Positions 1-8,068 of a stretch of 49,573 nucleotides of DNA are shown here, one piece after another (position 1 is the first letter of the stretch; every line of letters starts with the position of its first letter). The DNA comes from Kiritimatiellia bacterium (GTDB taxonomy: Bacteria; Verrucomicrobiota; Kiritimatiellia; SLAD01): contig SLBD01000028.1 in the NCBI GenBank assembly GCA_007126515.1, forward strand, positions 1 to 49,573, read 5' to 3'. Below the pieces are notes generated by a model, which was not told the DNA's origin, searched no databases, and was given only the letters and a program-made list of their open reading frames with translations. The position numbers and the translations under genes were made by a program.

Positions 1-977
1 GCATCCCCCTCGCCTTTGCTAATGTAGTCCGACGCGGCCCCATCGGCATTGTTGCGGCCTCGGGCACCGGCTTGCAGGAAGTCTCATCGTTCATTCATAA
101 TCTCGGCAGCGGCGTTTCCCACGCGATTGGGACCGGCGGACGCGACATCAAATCGGACGTGGGCGGTCTCACCTTTTTGTCTGCACTTACAGCGCTCAAA
201 GAGGATCCTGACACGCAAGTGGTTGTGCTGGTTTCGAAGACACCCGATGCGGATGTGCTGGAACGGATTGGAAAAGCGGTTGCAAATCTAGGCAAACCCG
301 CCGTCGCGATTTTCATTGGGGCCGATCCCGAAGTGGTAGCGAAGTCTGGAGCGATTCCGGCGCAGACCCTCGAAGAGGCGGCTCGGCGAGCTGTGGCCCT
401 GGCTGAGGGAAAGGCCTTGAGCGATGCAGAGCTTGCCTGCCCTCCCCTGCCCGACTCCATCCAGCGGCGCGAGGGTGGACGCTATGTGCGCGGGCTGTTT
501 TGTGGCGGCACGTTTTCGCAGGAAGCTGTTCACTTGCTGAAGCCGGTTCTGGGAGACATTTGCACCAACGTCACCGGCGAGCTGGAGGATCCCGATCACA
601 GTGCGGGACACACGATCATCGACATGGGCGGCGATGAATTTACGGCGGGGCGGCCGCATCCCATGATTGACTACTCACTGCGTAACAAGCGCATCGTGCA
701 AGAAGCTCAAGATCCAGAGACAGCCGTCATTTTAATTGATGTTGTGTTGGGCTTTGGTTCCAACATGAATCCTGCGACAGAATTGCAGCCTGTCCTCGAA
801 GAGGTTCGGGCCTTAGATAATCCGCCGCCGATCGTTTTTCATGTCTGCGGCACCGATGCCGATCCTCAGCAGCGCAATGCCACCGTCCAACGCCTACGCG
901 ATGCCGGGGGAATCTGGGCAGAATCCAACGCCATCGCCGTCCAGTGGGCGGGGCAACTGATCGAGGAGCAACAATGA
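1..977 (+). CDS. fdrA: FdrA-family acyl-CoA synthetase-like protein (succinyl-CoA synthetase alpha-like fold), C-terminal part; the 5' end lies outside the window
   Basis: Frame 3 is open from the window edge (IPLAFANVVRRGPIGIVAASGTGLQEVSSFIHNLGSGVSHAIGTGGRD...) and carries glycine-rich CoA-ligase type motifs. The stop TGA at 975-977 overlaps the ATG of the next gene (ATGA), as in the fdrA-ylbE pair of E. coli. Confidence 0.8.
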   Translation, partial: IPLAFANVVRRGPIGIVAASGTGLQEVSSFIHNLGSGVSHAIGTGGRDIKSDVGGLTFLSALTALKEDPDTQVVVLVSKTPDADVLERIGKAVANLGKPAVAIFIGADPEVVAKSGAIPAQTLEEAARRAVALAEGKALSDAELACPPLPDSIQRREGGRYVRGLFCGGTFSQEAVHLLKPVLGDICTNVTGELEDPDHSAGHTIIDMGGDEFTAGRPHPMIDYSLRNKRIVQEAQDPETAVILIDVVLGFGSNMNPATELQPVLEEVRALDNPPPIVFHVCGTDADPQQRNATVQRLRDAGGIWAESNAIAVQWAGQLIEEQQ

Positions 978-2359
978 CTGACTTATTGTCTAAACCTGTT
1001 CGTGTCATCAACGTCGGCATCGAAGAATTTGATGCCAATATCCGTGCCAGTGGTGGCGTGAGTCAGCATGTGCAATGGCGACCGCCGGCACCGATCGCGG
1101 CCGCGACGTTGCGCAAGCTCATGGAAACCGAAACAGCGCGCAACGAAGCCAATCAAGAGGCGTTGCAGCGATTGCAACGCGCCAAGCCTGTATTGACGGG
1201 AATGGGCGTGGCGCTCGACACCATTCCCGGCATGGCCAAGAATTTGTTTCTGCACGCGGGGCCGCCGATCACGTGGGATCACATGTGCGGTCCCATGCGT
1301 GGGGCCATGATTGGCGCCGTCCTTTATGAAGGACTGGCCGACACGCCTGAAGCGGCGGAAGAGCAATTGGCGAGTGGCGCCTATCGCTTTGCGCCTTGCC
1401 ACGAGCATGCGACCGTGGGCCCGATGGCAGGCGTCGTGTCTGCGTCCATGCCGGTCTTTATTGTCGAGAATCAAGCCGATGGCAACCGCGCCTACTGCAC
1501 GCAGAACGAAGGACTCGGCAAGGTCCTCCGCTACGGGGCGTACTCGGACGAGGTCGTCAAACGGCTGAAATGGATGGAAGAGGTGATGTATCCCGCTCTG
1601 CAAAAGGCGCTGCAGGCATCGGGTGGCATCGATCTCAAAAATCTGATTGCCCAAGCCTTGCACATGGGCGACGAAGTCCATAACCGCAATCGAGCCGGCA
1701 CATCGTTGTTCCTGCGTGCCATCACTCCGTGGTTGGTGCGAACGGCGACGGACTTGGAAACAGCCGCCTCCGTGATCGACTTTATCAACGGCAATGACCA
1801 TTTCTTTCTGAATTTATCGATGCCCGCCTGCAAAGCCTCGCTCGATGCAGCACGCAATGTCGAGGGCAGTTCCATGCTCGTGTGCATGGCCCGCAATGGG
1901 ACTGACTTCGGGATTCAATTGTCCGGGACGGGCAACGCCTGGTTTACGGGTCCGGCGCTGGTGCCGGATGCCTTGTTCTTTGCCGGATATACCAAAGACG
2001 ATGCCAATCCCGACATTGGTGACAGCGCCATTACCGAAACAGCGGGTTTGGGCGGCTTCGCGATTGCGGCGGCGCCAGCGATTGTCCAATTCGTTGGCGG
2101 CTCGGCAGGTGATGCGATGAATTACACGCTGGAAATGTATGAAATCGCCGTAGGCGAAAACGGTGTCTTTCAAATACCTGCCTTGGATTTTCGCGGCACA
2201 CCCACCGGCATCGACGCCGTTCAAGTTGTGCGCAAAGGAATTGTACCGTTCATCGACACCGGCGTCGCCCACAAAGATGCCGGAGTCGGCCAAGTCGGCG
2301 CGGGCGTTGTCAGCGCCCCGATGGATCCGTTTATCAAAGCCGTTGAAGGCTTAGCCTGA
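974..2359 (+). CDS. DUF1116 domain protein (YlbE-like)
   Basis: The long ORF is 944-2359. The ATG at 974 (MTDLLSKPVRVINVG...) overlaps the fdrA stop. Its size (461 aa) and its position directly after fdrA match the YlbE/DUF1116 family. Confidence 0.75.
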   Translation: MTDLLSKPVRVINVGIEEFDANIRASGGVSQHVQWRPPAPIAAATLRKLMETETARNEANQEALQRLQRAKPVLTGMGVALDTIPGMAKNLFLHAGPPITWDHMCGPMRGAMIGAVLYEGLADTPEAAEEQLASGAYRFAPCHEHATVGPMAGVVSASMPVFIVENQADGNRAYCTQNEGLGKVLRYGAYSDEVVKRLKWMEEVMYPALQKALQASGGIDLKNLIAQALHMGDEVHNRNRAGTSLFLRAITPWLVRTATDLETAASVIDFINGNDHFFLNLSMPACKASLDAARNVEGSSMLVCMARNGTDFGIQLSGTGNAWFTGPALVPDALFFAGYTKDDANPDIGDSAITETAGLGGFAIAAAPAIVQFVGGSAGDAMNYTLEMYEIAVGENGVFQIPALDFRGTPTGIDAVQVVRKGIVPFIDTGVAHKDAGVGQVGAGVVSAPMDPFIKAVEGLA

Positions 2360-2391
2360 TTTCGACTTACGGGTTGCACTGATTCCCTCAA

Positions 2392-2435
2392 CTCCGTAGT
2401 ATCTGGCAGGCTGAAAAATCAGATTAACTACGGAG
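2392..2435 (+). promoter_or_regulatory. Stem-loop in the 5' leader of the NSS transporter gene that pairs with the first half of its Shine-Dalgarno sequence
   Basis: CTCCGTAGTATCTG (2392-2405) pairs with CAGAT (2420-2424) and ACTACGGAG (2427-2435). That gives 14 Watson-Crick pairs, a 2-nt bulge and a 14-nt loop. The GGAG at 2432-2435 is part of the GGAGAGG SD lying 4 nt before the TTG start at 2443. No U-tract follows. Confidence 0.45.
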
Positions 2436-2442
2436 AGGTCCA

Positions 2443-4038
2443 TTGAGTAATTCACCATCTGGAGAACGTTGGAGCACACGCGTTGGCGTGATTCTAGCCG
2501 TTACCGGCAGCGCCGTTGGACTCGGTAATTTCCTGCGATTTCCTGGCCAGGCCGCTCAGAATGGCGGCGGCTTGTTCATGATTCCTTATCTGGTCGCCTT
2601 CTTGATTGTTGGGATCCCCTTGGCTTGGTCCGAGTGGGCCTTGGGCCGACACGGCGGCAATCGCGGATACAATTCAGCGCCGGGCATTTTTGGAGGTGTC
2701 CTGCGTCGCCCCAAAGGGGCCTATGTCGGCATGCTGGGTACCGTCATGCCGGTATTGATCTACACCTACTACGTCGTAGTCGAAGCCCTCTGCTTGTATT
2801 ATGCATGGCATTATTTAACCGGCACGCTGGCCGGATTTGGCGACGATGTTTCGGCGGTGGGCGACTTCTTTGTTGCTTCGATGGGCATGACCGAGCACGG
2901 AGCGATCTTCACCTCGGGCCAAGGTCAATTCCTTGGATTTGTTGGCATTTGCTTTTTCATTAACTTTTTCTTGATCTACCGCGGCCTGAGTCGGGGAATT
3001 GAGAAGTTCTGTGCCATCGCCATGCCGTTGCTGGTGGTTTGCGCGTTGATTGTCTTGGTCCGAGTTCTGACCTTGCAGCCGCTTCCGGAAACACCGGATC
3101 AAACCCTGTGGGCGGGTCTAGGCTTCATGTGGAACCCCGCCCAACAAGATGGCAGTATCTGGGACACCTTGGCCAATCCGGATGTCTGGTTGGCTGCCAC
3201 GGGTCAGATCTTTTTTAGTCTGTCCGTCGGATTTGGCCTGATTCTGACGTATGCCAGCTACTTGCGCAAAGACGATGACGTGGCGCTGTCTTCCTTGACC
3301 TCCGTTTCGGGCAATGGGTTTTGCGAAGTCGTTCTGGGCGGTATGATCGCCTTGCCTGCAGCCTATATCTTTCTGGGCCCGATGTTTCTTTCCGATCCCC
3401 AAAATATCGGGACGTTCAGCCTTGGCTTCGTGACCCTTCCCAATGTCTTCAATCAAATGCCCGCAGGGTCGTTTTTCGGATTCTTGTTCTTCTTCCTGCT
3501 CTTCCTCGCGGCAGTCACTAGTTCGCTTTCCATGTTGCAGCCGTCGATTGCGTTGCTGGAAGAGGGGTTGGGCATTACCCGCAAGCCATCGGTGGCCATT
3601 CTTGGGTTCATCACGTTTGCGGGTACGTTCTTTATCGTTTATTTCAGCGCCGGTCTGCAGGCATTGGACACGGTGGACTTCTGGATGGCTAATTTCTTCA
3701 TTTTCATCTTTGCCACGGTGCAAACACTCATCTTCGGTTGGGTGCTTGGCCCCAAGAAGGGCTACGAGGAGCTGGCGGCCGGCGCGGAAATCTGTGTTCC
3801 ACGCGGGATCATGTTTGTGATTCGCTATATCTCTCCGCTCTTTTTGCTGACCGTGTTCGCACTGTGGTGCCGCCGTAGCCTGCCGGGGCGGTGGGAGGCG
3901 ATTATGAATCCCCCGGCCGGTGAGCCGCCTGTCGTCTTGATGGCCTTGGGATTTATCGTCGTGGTGCTGCTGTTTTTCTCTTTCGTAATTGCAGGTGCGA
4001 ATCAACGCTGGTATCAAACCGATAAGGAGCCTTCCTGA
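2443..4038 (+). CDS. Sodium-dependent transporter, neurotransmitter:sodium symporter (NSS/SNF) family
   Basis: The 531 aa ORF begins GERWSTRVGVILAVTGSAVGLGNFLRFPGQAAQNGGGLFMIPYLV, which is the NSS TM1 signature. It has about 12 hydrophobic segments. The TTG start is preceded by GGAGAGG. Confidence 0.92.
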   Translation: MSNSPSGERWSTRVGVILAVTGSAVGLGNFLRFPGQAAQNGGGLFMIPYLVAFLIVGIPLAWSEWALGRHGGNRGYNSAPGIFGGVLRRPKGAYVGMLGTVMPVLIYTYYVVVEALCLYYAWHYLTGTLAGFGDDVSAVGDFFVASMGMTEHGAIFTSGQGQFLGFVGICFFINFFLIYRGLSRGIEKFCAIAMPLLVVCALIVLVRVLTLQPLPETPDQTLWAGLGFMWNPAQQDGSIWDTLANPDVWLAATGQIFFSLSVGFGLILTYASYLRKDDDVALSSLTSVSGNGFCEVVLGGMIALPAAYIFLGPMFLSDPQNIGTFSLGFVTLPNVFNQMPAGSFFGFLFFFLLFLAAVTSSLSMLQPSIALLEEGLGITRKPSVAILGFITFAGTFFIVYFSAGLQALDTVDFWMANFFIFIFATVQTLIFGWVLGPKKGYEELAAGAEICVPRGIMFVIRYISPLFLLTVFALWCRRSLPGRWEAIMNPPAGEPPVVLMALGFIVVVLLFFSFVIAGANQRWYQTDKEPS

Positions 4039-4223
4039 TGACCACTGCGGGCCTATTTGTAATGATTTTCGCGATTGGCGGCATGACCGGATTGCTGGGG
4101 TGGTGTGTCTACAAAGTCATGTCCACACCTGACTCTACACAGCATCTGCACAGCCCACTCGATATCGATGCTGGCGATAAATCTGACTCTCATCATGGCT
4201 CTCGCCATGATGGAGCGAAGTAA
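4038..4223 (+). CDS. Small single-pass membrane protein, probably a MetS-like small subunit of the NSS importer
   Basis: The 61 aa ORF has an ATG that overlaps the transporter stop (ATGA). It has one N-terminal TM helix (LFVMIFAIGGMTGLLGWCVY) followed by a polar tail. The layout resembles the MetP/MetS pair of Corynebacterium. Confidence 0.55.
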   Translation: MTTAGLFVMIFAIGGMTGLLGWCVYKVMSTPDSTQHLHSPLDIDAGDKSDSHHGSRHDGAK

Positions 4224-5220
4224 CTCATTCTCGACTGGAGGTTCCCCCTTGGACTACGTATCCCGCGCTCGTGCCATCATCGATATTGAAGTAGACGAAC
4301 TTACCAACGTCCGCAACGGCCTCGACGAGGGATTCAATCATGCCCTCGACCTGCTGCTCCATGCCGTGTCCGACGGACACAAGATCGTGGTCACCGGTGT
4401 AGGCAAGAGTTTGCATATTGGCCAAAAGATTGCAGCCACCCTCACCAGCACAGGCAGTCCCGCAGTGGTCCTGCATCCGGCGGAAGCCATGCACGGGGAT
4501 CTGGGGATCCTCAACGAAGGAGATGTGGTTCTCTCGCTCAGTTATACCGGCGCATCCGATGAATTGGTGACCTTGCTGCCCCTGATCCGGCAGGCCAACG
4601 TAAAAATTATCGCGCTGACCGGAGATCCAGACAGTCCCTTGGCGGCTAACAGCGACGCAGTCATCTCCATCCGCGTCCAGCGCGAGGCGTGCCCGCTCAA
4701 CATTTCCCCGACCAGCAGCACTACGGCCACGCTGGCTGTTGGGGATGCTCTGGCCATGGTTCTCCTCGAAGCGCGAGGCTTCTCGCGGGATGACTATGCC
4801 AAACTGCATCCGGGCGGCGCGATTGGACGCGCCTTATTGCTGAAGATCAAAGACATCATGCGAACTGGGCACCGGGTCGCTTTTGTCCGGGAAAATGCGC
4901 TTGTTCAGGACGCGCTTTTTGCCATGACGGAAGCTCGTTCGGGGTCGGTCGTCATTGTCGATGAAGATCATCGTGTGCTCGGCATCTTTACCGATGGCGA
5001 CCTACGCCGTCATCTTTCGGACGGGGGCAATCTTCCTGTGAAACGCATTACAGAAGTGATGACACCCCAGCCGGTTGCCTTGAACCAAAATGCCCTGGCT
5101 GTGGATGTGGTAGCCCACTTCCGCGAACACCAAATTGACGACTTAATCATCGTCAATGATCAGGGCACGCTCGTGGGCATGGTCGATATTCAAGACCTGC
5201 CCAAATTCAAAATATTCTAA
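4207..5220 (+). CDS. kdsD: Arabinose-5-phosphate isomerase, KpsF/GutQ/KdsD family (SIS domain plus two CBS domains)
   Basis: GHKIVVTGVGKSLHIGQKIAATLTSTGSPAVVLHPAEAMHGDLG is the SIS signature. A C-terminal CBS pair follows (VALNQNALAVDV..., IIVNDQGTLVGMVDIQD). The start is uncertain: the ORF opens at 4105, and ATGs at 4195, 4207 and 4210 give a family-typical length. Confidence 0.88.
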   Translation: MMERSNSFSTGGSPLDYVSRARAIIDIEVDELTNVRNGLDEGFNHALDLLLHAVSDGHKIVVTGVGKSLHIGQKIAATLTSTGSPAVVLHPAEAMHGDLGILNEGDVVLSLSYTGASDELVTLLPLIRQANVKIIALTGDPDSPLAANSDAVISIRVQREACPLNISPTSSTTATLAVGDALAMVLLEARGFSRDDYAKLHPGGAIGRALLLKIKDIMRTGHRVAFVRENALVQDALFAMTEARSGSVVIVDEDHRVLGIFTDGDLRRHLSDGGNLPVKRITEVMTPQPVALNQNALAVDVVAHFREHQIDDLIIVNDQGTLVGMVDIQDLPKFKIF

Positions 5221-5234
5221 TTGAGGCCCCACTC

Positions 5235-6167
5235 ATGCCCCCATGGAAATCCATTCTACTCTGCTTTTGTCTAACTGCCACCGTCGCTGTGGCTGCCGAA
5301 ACTGTTCCTGCCGAAGAAGTCAACATGACGTGGTGGCAGGCCTTTGTCCTGGGAGCCGTCGAAGGTGTCACCGAATATTTGCCAGTCAGCTCCACGGGGC
5401 ATCTGATTCTGGTGCAGCGGGCCATGGGAATTGGCCAAACAGAGGAGACCAACGAAGCGGCAGATGCCTACTCCATTGCCATCCAAGGCGGCGCGATTCT
5501 CGCCGTGCTGACTCTTTACTTCCCTTACATGCGTCGCATGTTCATGGGGCTGCTGGGCAAAGATTCCTACGGGCTGAAATTGAGCATCAACATCTTGATC
5601 GCCTTCCTCCCCGCCGCAGTGATTGGCTTGCTCTTTCACGCCCAAATCAAGGAATACCTGTTTAACCTCTGGGCGATTGTCTTTTCCTGGTTTGTGGGTG
5701 GAGTCGCCATCTTGGCTGTGACATGGTGGGGTCGCGGGCGACCTTCCCAACCGGGTCTTGAGATCGAGGATTTGACCTGGAAACATGCGCTCTTCATTGG
5801 TTTCATGCAATGCATTGCCATGTGGCCCGGAACGAGCCGTAGCCTTGTGACCATTCTCGGAGGCTTGCTAATCGGGATGAATTTAACATCTGCGGTTGTG
5901 TTCAGTTTCTTGCTTGGGGTGATTACTCTCACGGCGGCTACGGCGTATGACACGTTGACGCACGGAACCACGATTGTTGAGGCATTCGGCTTTGCCAATT
6001 TTGCAATCGGATTCATTGTGGCTACATTTGCTGCAATCTTTTCTGTGAAATGGTTGCTGGGGTATTTAAAGAAACACGGCTTGGCCTTGTTCGGTTATTA
6101 TCGGATTGCACTGGCCGTGATTGTTGCCATACTGATGCTTGCGGGTGTCCTGCACGATCAACTGTAG
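5235..6167 (+). CDS. uppP: Undecaprenyl-diphosphate phosphatase (UppP/BacA)
   Basis: It carries the VEGVTEYLPVSSTGHLIL signature and a polytopic membrane profile. The alternative start at ATG 5325 (MTWWQAFVLGAVEG) gives the canonical ~280 aa. The ATG at 5235 adds a signal-peptide-like 30 aa. Confidence 0.9.
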   Translation: MPPWKSILLCFCLTATVAVAAETVPAEEVNMTWWQAFVLGAVEGVTEYLPVSSTGHLILVQRAMGIGQTEETNEAADAYSIAIQGGAILAVLTLYFPYMRRMFMGLLGKDSYGLKLSINILIAFLPAAVIGLLFHAQIKEYLFNLWAIVFSWFVGGVAILAVTWWGRGRPSQPGLEIEDLTWKHALFIGFMQCIAMWPGTSRSLVTILGGLLIGMNLTSAVVFSFLLGVITLTAATAYDTLTHGTTIVEAFGFANFAIGFIVATFAAIFSVKWLLGYLKKHGLALFGYYRIALAVIVAILMLAGVLHDQL

Positions 6168-6185
6168 GCGAATCCCAGCAGTATC

Positions 6186-6473
6186 ATGAGTACGTGGAAT
6201 GCCATTTACAGAATCGTCTCGTTTGCCTTGGGTGTATTGCTCCTGATAGGTTTGGCCATGGTATTCATCCCTCAGATCCAATTGGATCAAGAATATCATC
6301 GCCGCGAAGAACAGCTTCGACGTGAGATCCAAGCCAAACAGGAAAACATTCGCGAGCTGCAACTCAAGCAAGAACGATTCGAATCCGACCCCGCCTTCCT
6401 CGAACGAATCGCACATGAATTTGGTCTCGCCAAGCCGGGCGACACATTATTCCGATTCATCGATGAACATTAA
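6186..6473 (+). CDS. Septum formation initiator family protein (FtsB/DivIC-like)
   Basis: The 95 aa protein has an N-terminal TM helix, a coiled coil (EEQLRREIQAKQENIRELQLKQE), and then DPAFLERIAHEFGLAKPGDTLFRF, which is typical of the family. Confidence 0.75.
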   Translation: MSTWNAIYRIVSFALGVLLLIGLAMVFIPQIQLDQEYHRREEQLRREIQAKQENIRELQLKQERFESDPAFLERIAHEFGLAKPGDTLFRFIDEH

Positions 6474-6663
6474 CCCGCATAAGTCCTTTGGCGAGCGCGA
6501 ATGTCCCGGCTGCGCGATGATGGTTGAGGCCAATCACAACCGTTGCCCGATTTGTGGATATGAATTCCCCCATGCCTCTCCCATGCGCCGCCAACTCATC
6601 TGGCTTGGTAGCCTGCTGCTCTTAGTCATCTTTCTGTCGCTCTCGTTGAGGCTGTTGAGATGA
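6463..6663 (+). CDS. Zinc-ribbon membrane protein (hypothetical)
   Basis: The ATG at 6463 lies inside ORF 6322-6663 and overlaps the end of the previous gene by 11 nt. The product reads MNINPHKSFGERECPGCAMMVEANHNRCPICGYEF (CxxC...CxxC) and ends in a C-terminal TM helix. Confidence 0.55.
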   Translation: MNINPHKSFGERECPGCAMMVEANHNRCPICGYEFPHASPMRRQLIWLGSLLLLVIFLSLSLRLLR

Positions 6664-8057
6664 ATAAGGAAAACGACACCGAAATTACTCCTTCCCGCTG
6701 GCAATCATTCCGATCTGTCTGGCATGAACTGGTGGGTAGCAGCACGGGCAGCAAAGTCGCATCCAAAGCTCAGCCGGAACCGTTACGGGCCCATATCCAA
6801 GCCTGTCTGGAAGGCCAAGGAGGTGAAGTGTCGGCGCGGCAGCGAGCCGGCAAGTTGGCTCGACAGTATCTGGCTTTTGGCCCCGAAGATCAACTCGTCT
6901 TCCTGCGGCTGCTCCAAAACGAGTTTGGCTCCGACGACGAGGAAGTGAAGTCAGCGATCCAAACGCTCCAGGCGGCAGAGGATCCTGTCGCGGTTTCTGC
7001 GGGTCGAGCCCACTTACGTAAAGTCCTTGAACCGGCTCGGAAACGCTTGTTACGCCAATTCAACATGTTTCAGTCTGGCGCCCGCTTTCTGGTCGAATTG
7101 CGCCGGGAACTTCTTGATCTGCGCAAGACGGCCCCTGACCTGAAACCACTCGAAGTTGATATCAAGGAGTTGCTGACTGAGTGGTTTGATGTTGGCTTTC
7201 TCCAGCTCGAAAAGATTACGTGGGACTCGCCTGCCTCTTTGCTAGAAAAGGTGGGTCGATACGAAGCCGTCCATCCCGTTCGCAGTTGGATTGATCTCAA
7301 AAATCGGCTGGAAAGTGACCGCCGCTGTTTCGCCTTTTTTCATCCCTGCATGCAAGATGAGCCCTTGATCTTCATTGAAGTCGCTTTAGTGAGTGGTCTG
7401 GCTGATAACATCCAAACATTGCTCAGTAACCAGCATGTCGCGTTGGATCCGGAAACGGCGGACACGGCAATCTTCTACTCCATCTCCAACACGCAACGCG
7501 GACTGGATGGCATCGGATTCGGGAACTTCTTGATCAAGCAAGTGGTCGATCGGTTGCAAAAAGAGCTTCCTAACCTCAAACAGTTTGCCACTTTATCCCC
7601 CATCCCTGGATTCAGCCGCTGGCTGACGGATCATCTGGAAGAGGAACTACGGACACTCTCTCCCAAAGCCCTGAAACCACTACGCACCCTAGCCGACCCT
7701 TTGCCCATCGAGGAAGTTGTGCGCAATATTCTCGGGGATCCCAAGTGGGCACGTAACGAGTCTTATACCAAGGCGATGGCCCCTGCCCTACGCAGTTTGT
7801 GTGCCCGCTACTTATTGAACGCGAAGAAGCCAGATGGCAAACGCGCCCTCGATCCGGTAGCCCATTTCCACCTGACCAATGGCGCTCGCATGCAGCGACT
7901 CAACTGGCTGGCCAATACGTCGACGGCCGCCCTGCAGCAATCGGCAGGTATGATGATCAATTATCTCTATCGACTCGATCGGATTGAACGCTTTCACGAA
8001 GAGTATAGCGGCACCGGCAAGATCAATGCTTCATCCACAATCACCAGCCTGCTGTAA
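6660..8057 (+). CDS. Malonyl-CoA decarboxylase family protein
   Basis: The 465 aa protein starts at an ATG that overlaps the preceding stop (ATGA). The segments FYSISNTQRGLDGIGFGNFLIKQVV and DPVAHFHLTNGARMQRLNWLANTS match the MCD catalytic domain. Confidence 0.85.
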   Translation: MNKENDTEITPSRWQSFRSVWHELVGSSTGSKVASKAQPEPLRAHIQACLEGQGGEVSARQRAGKLARQYLAFGPEDQLVFLRLLQNEFGSDDEEVKSAIQTLQAAEDPVAVSAGRAHLRKVLEPARKRLLRQFNMFQSGARFLVELRRELLDLRKTAPDLKPLEVDIKELLTEWFDVGFLQLEKITWDSPASLLEKVGRYEAVHPVRSWIDLKNRLESDRRCFAFFHPCMQDEPLIFIEVALVSGLADNIQTLLSNQHVALDPETADTAIFYSISNTQRGLDGIGFGNFLIKQVVDRLQKELPNLKQFATLSPIPGFSRWLTDHLEEELRTLSPKALKPLRTLADPLPIEEVVRNILGDPKWARNESYTKAMAPALRSLCARYLLNAKKPDGKRALDPVAHFHLTNGARMQRLNWLANTSTAALQQSAGMMINYLYRLDRIERFHEEYSGTGKINASSTITSLL

Positions 8058-8068
8058 ATCACACGGAC

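Noticed and set aside
3118-4017. A 299 aa minus-strand ORF
   Set aside because: It is antisense to the NSS transporter gene. Its product is highly charged low-complexity sequence, so it is a shadow ORF.
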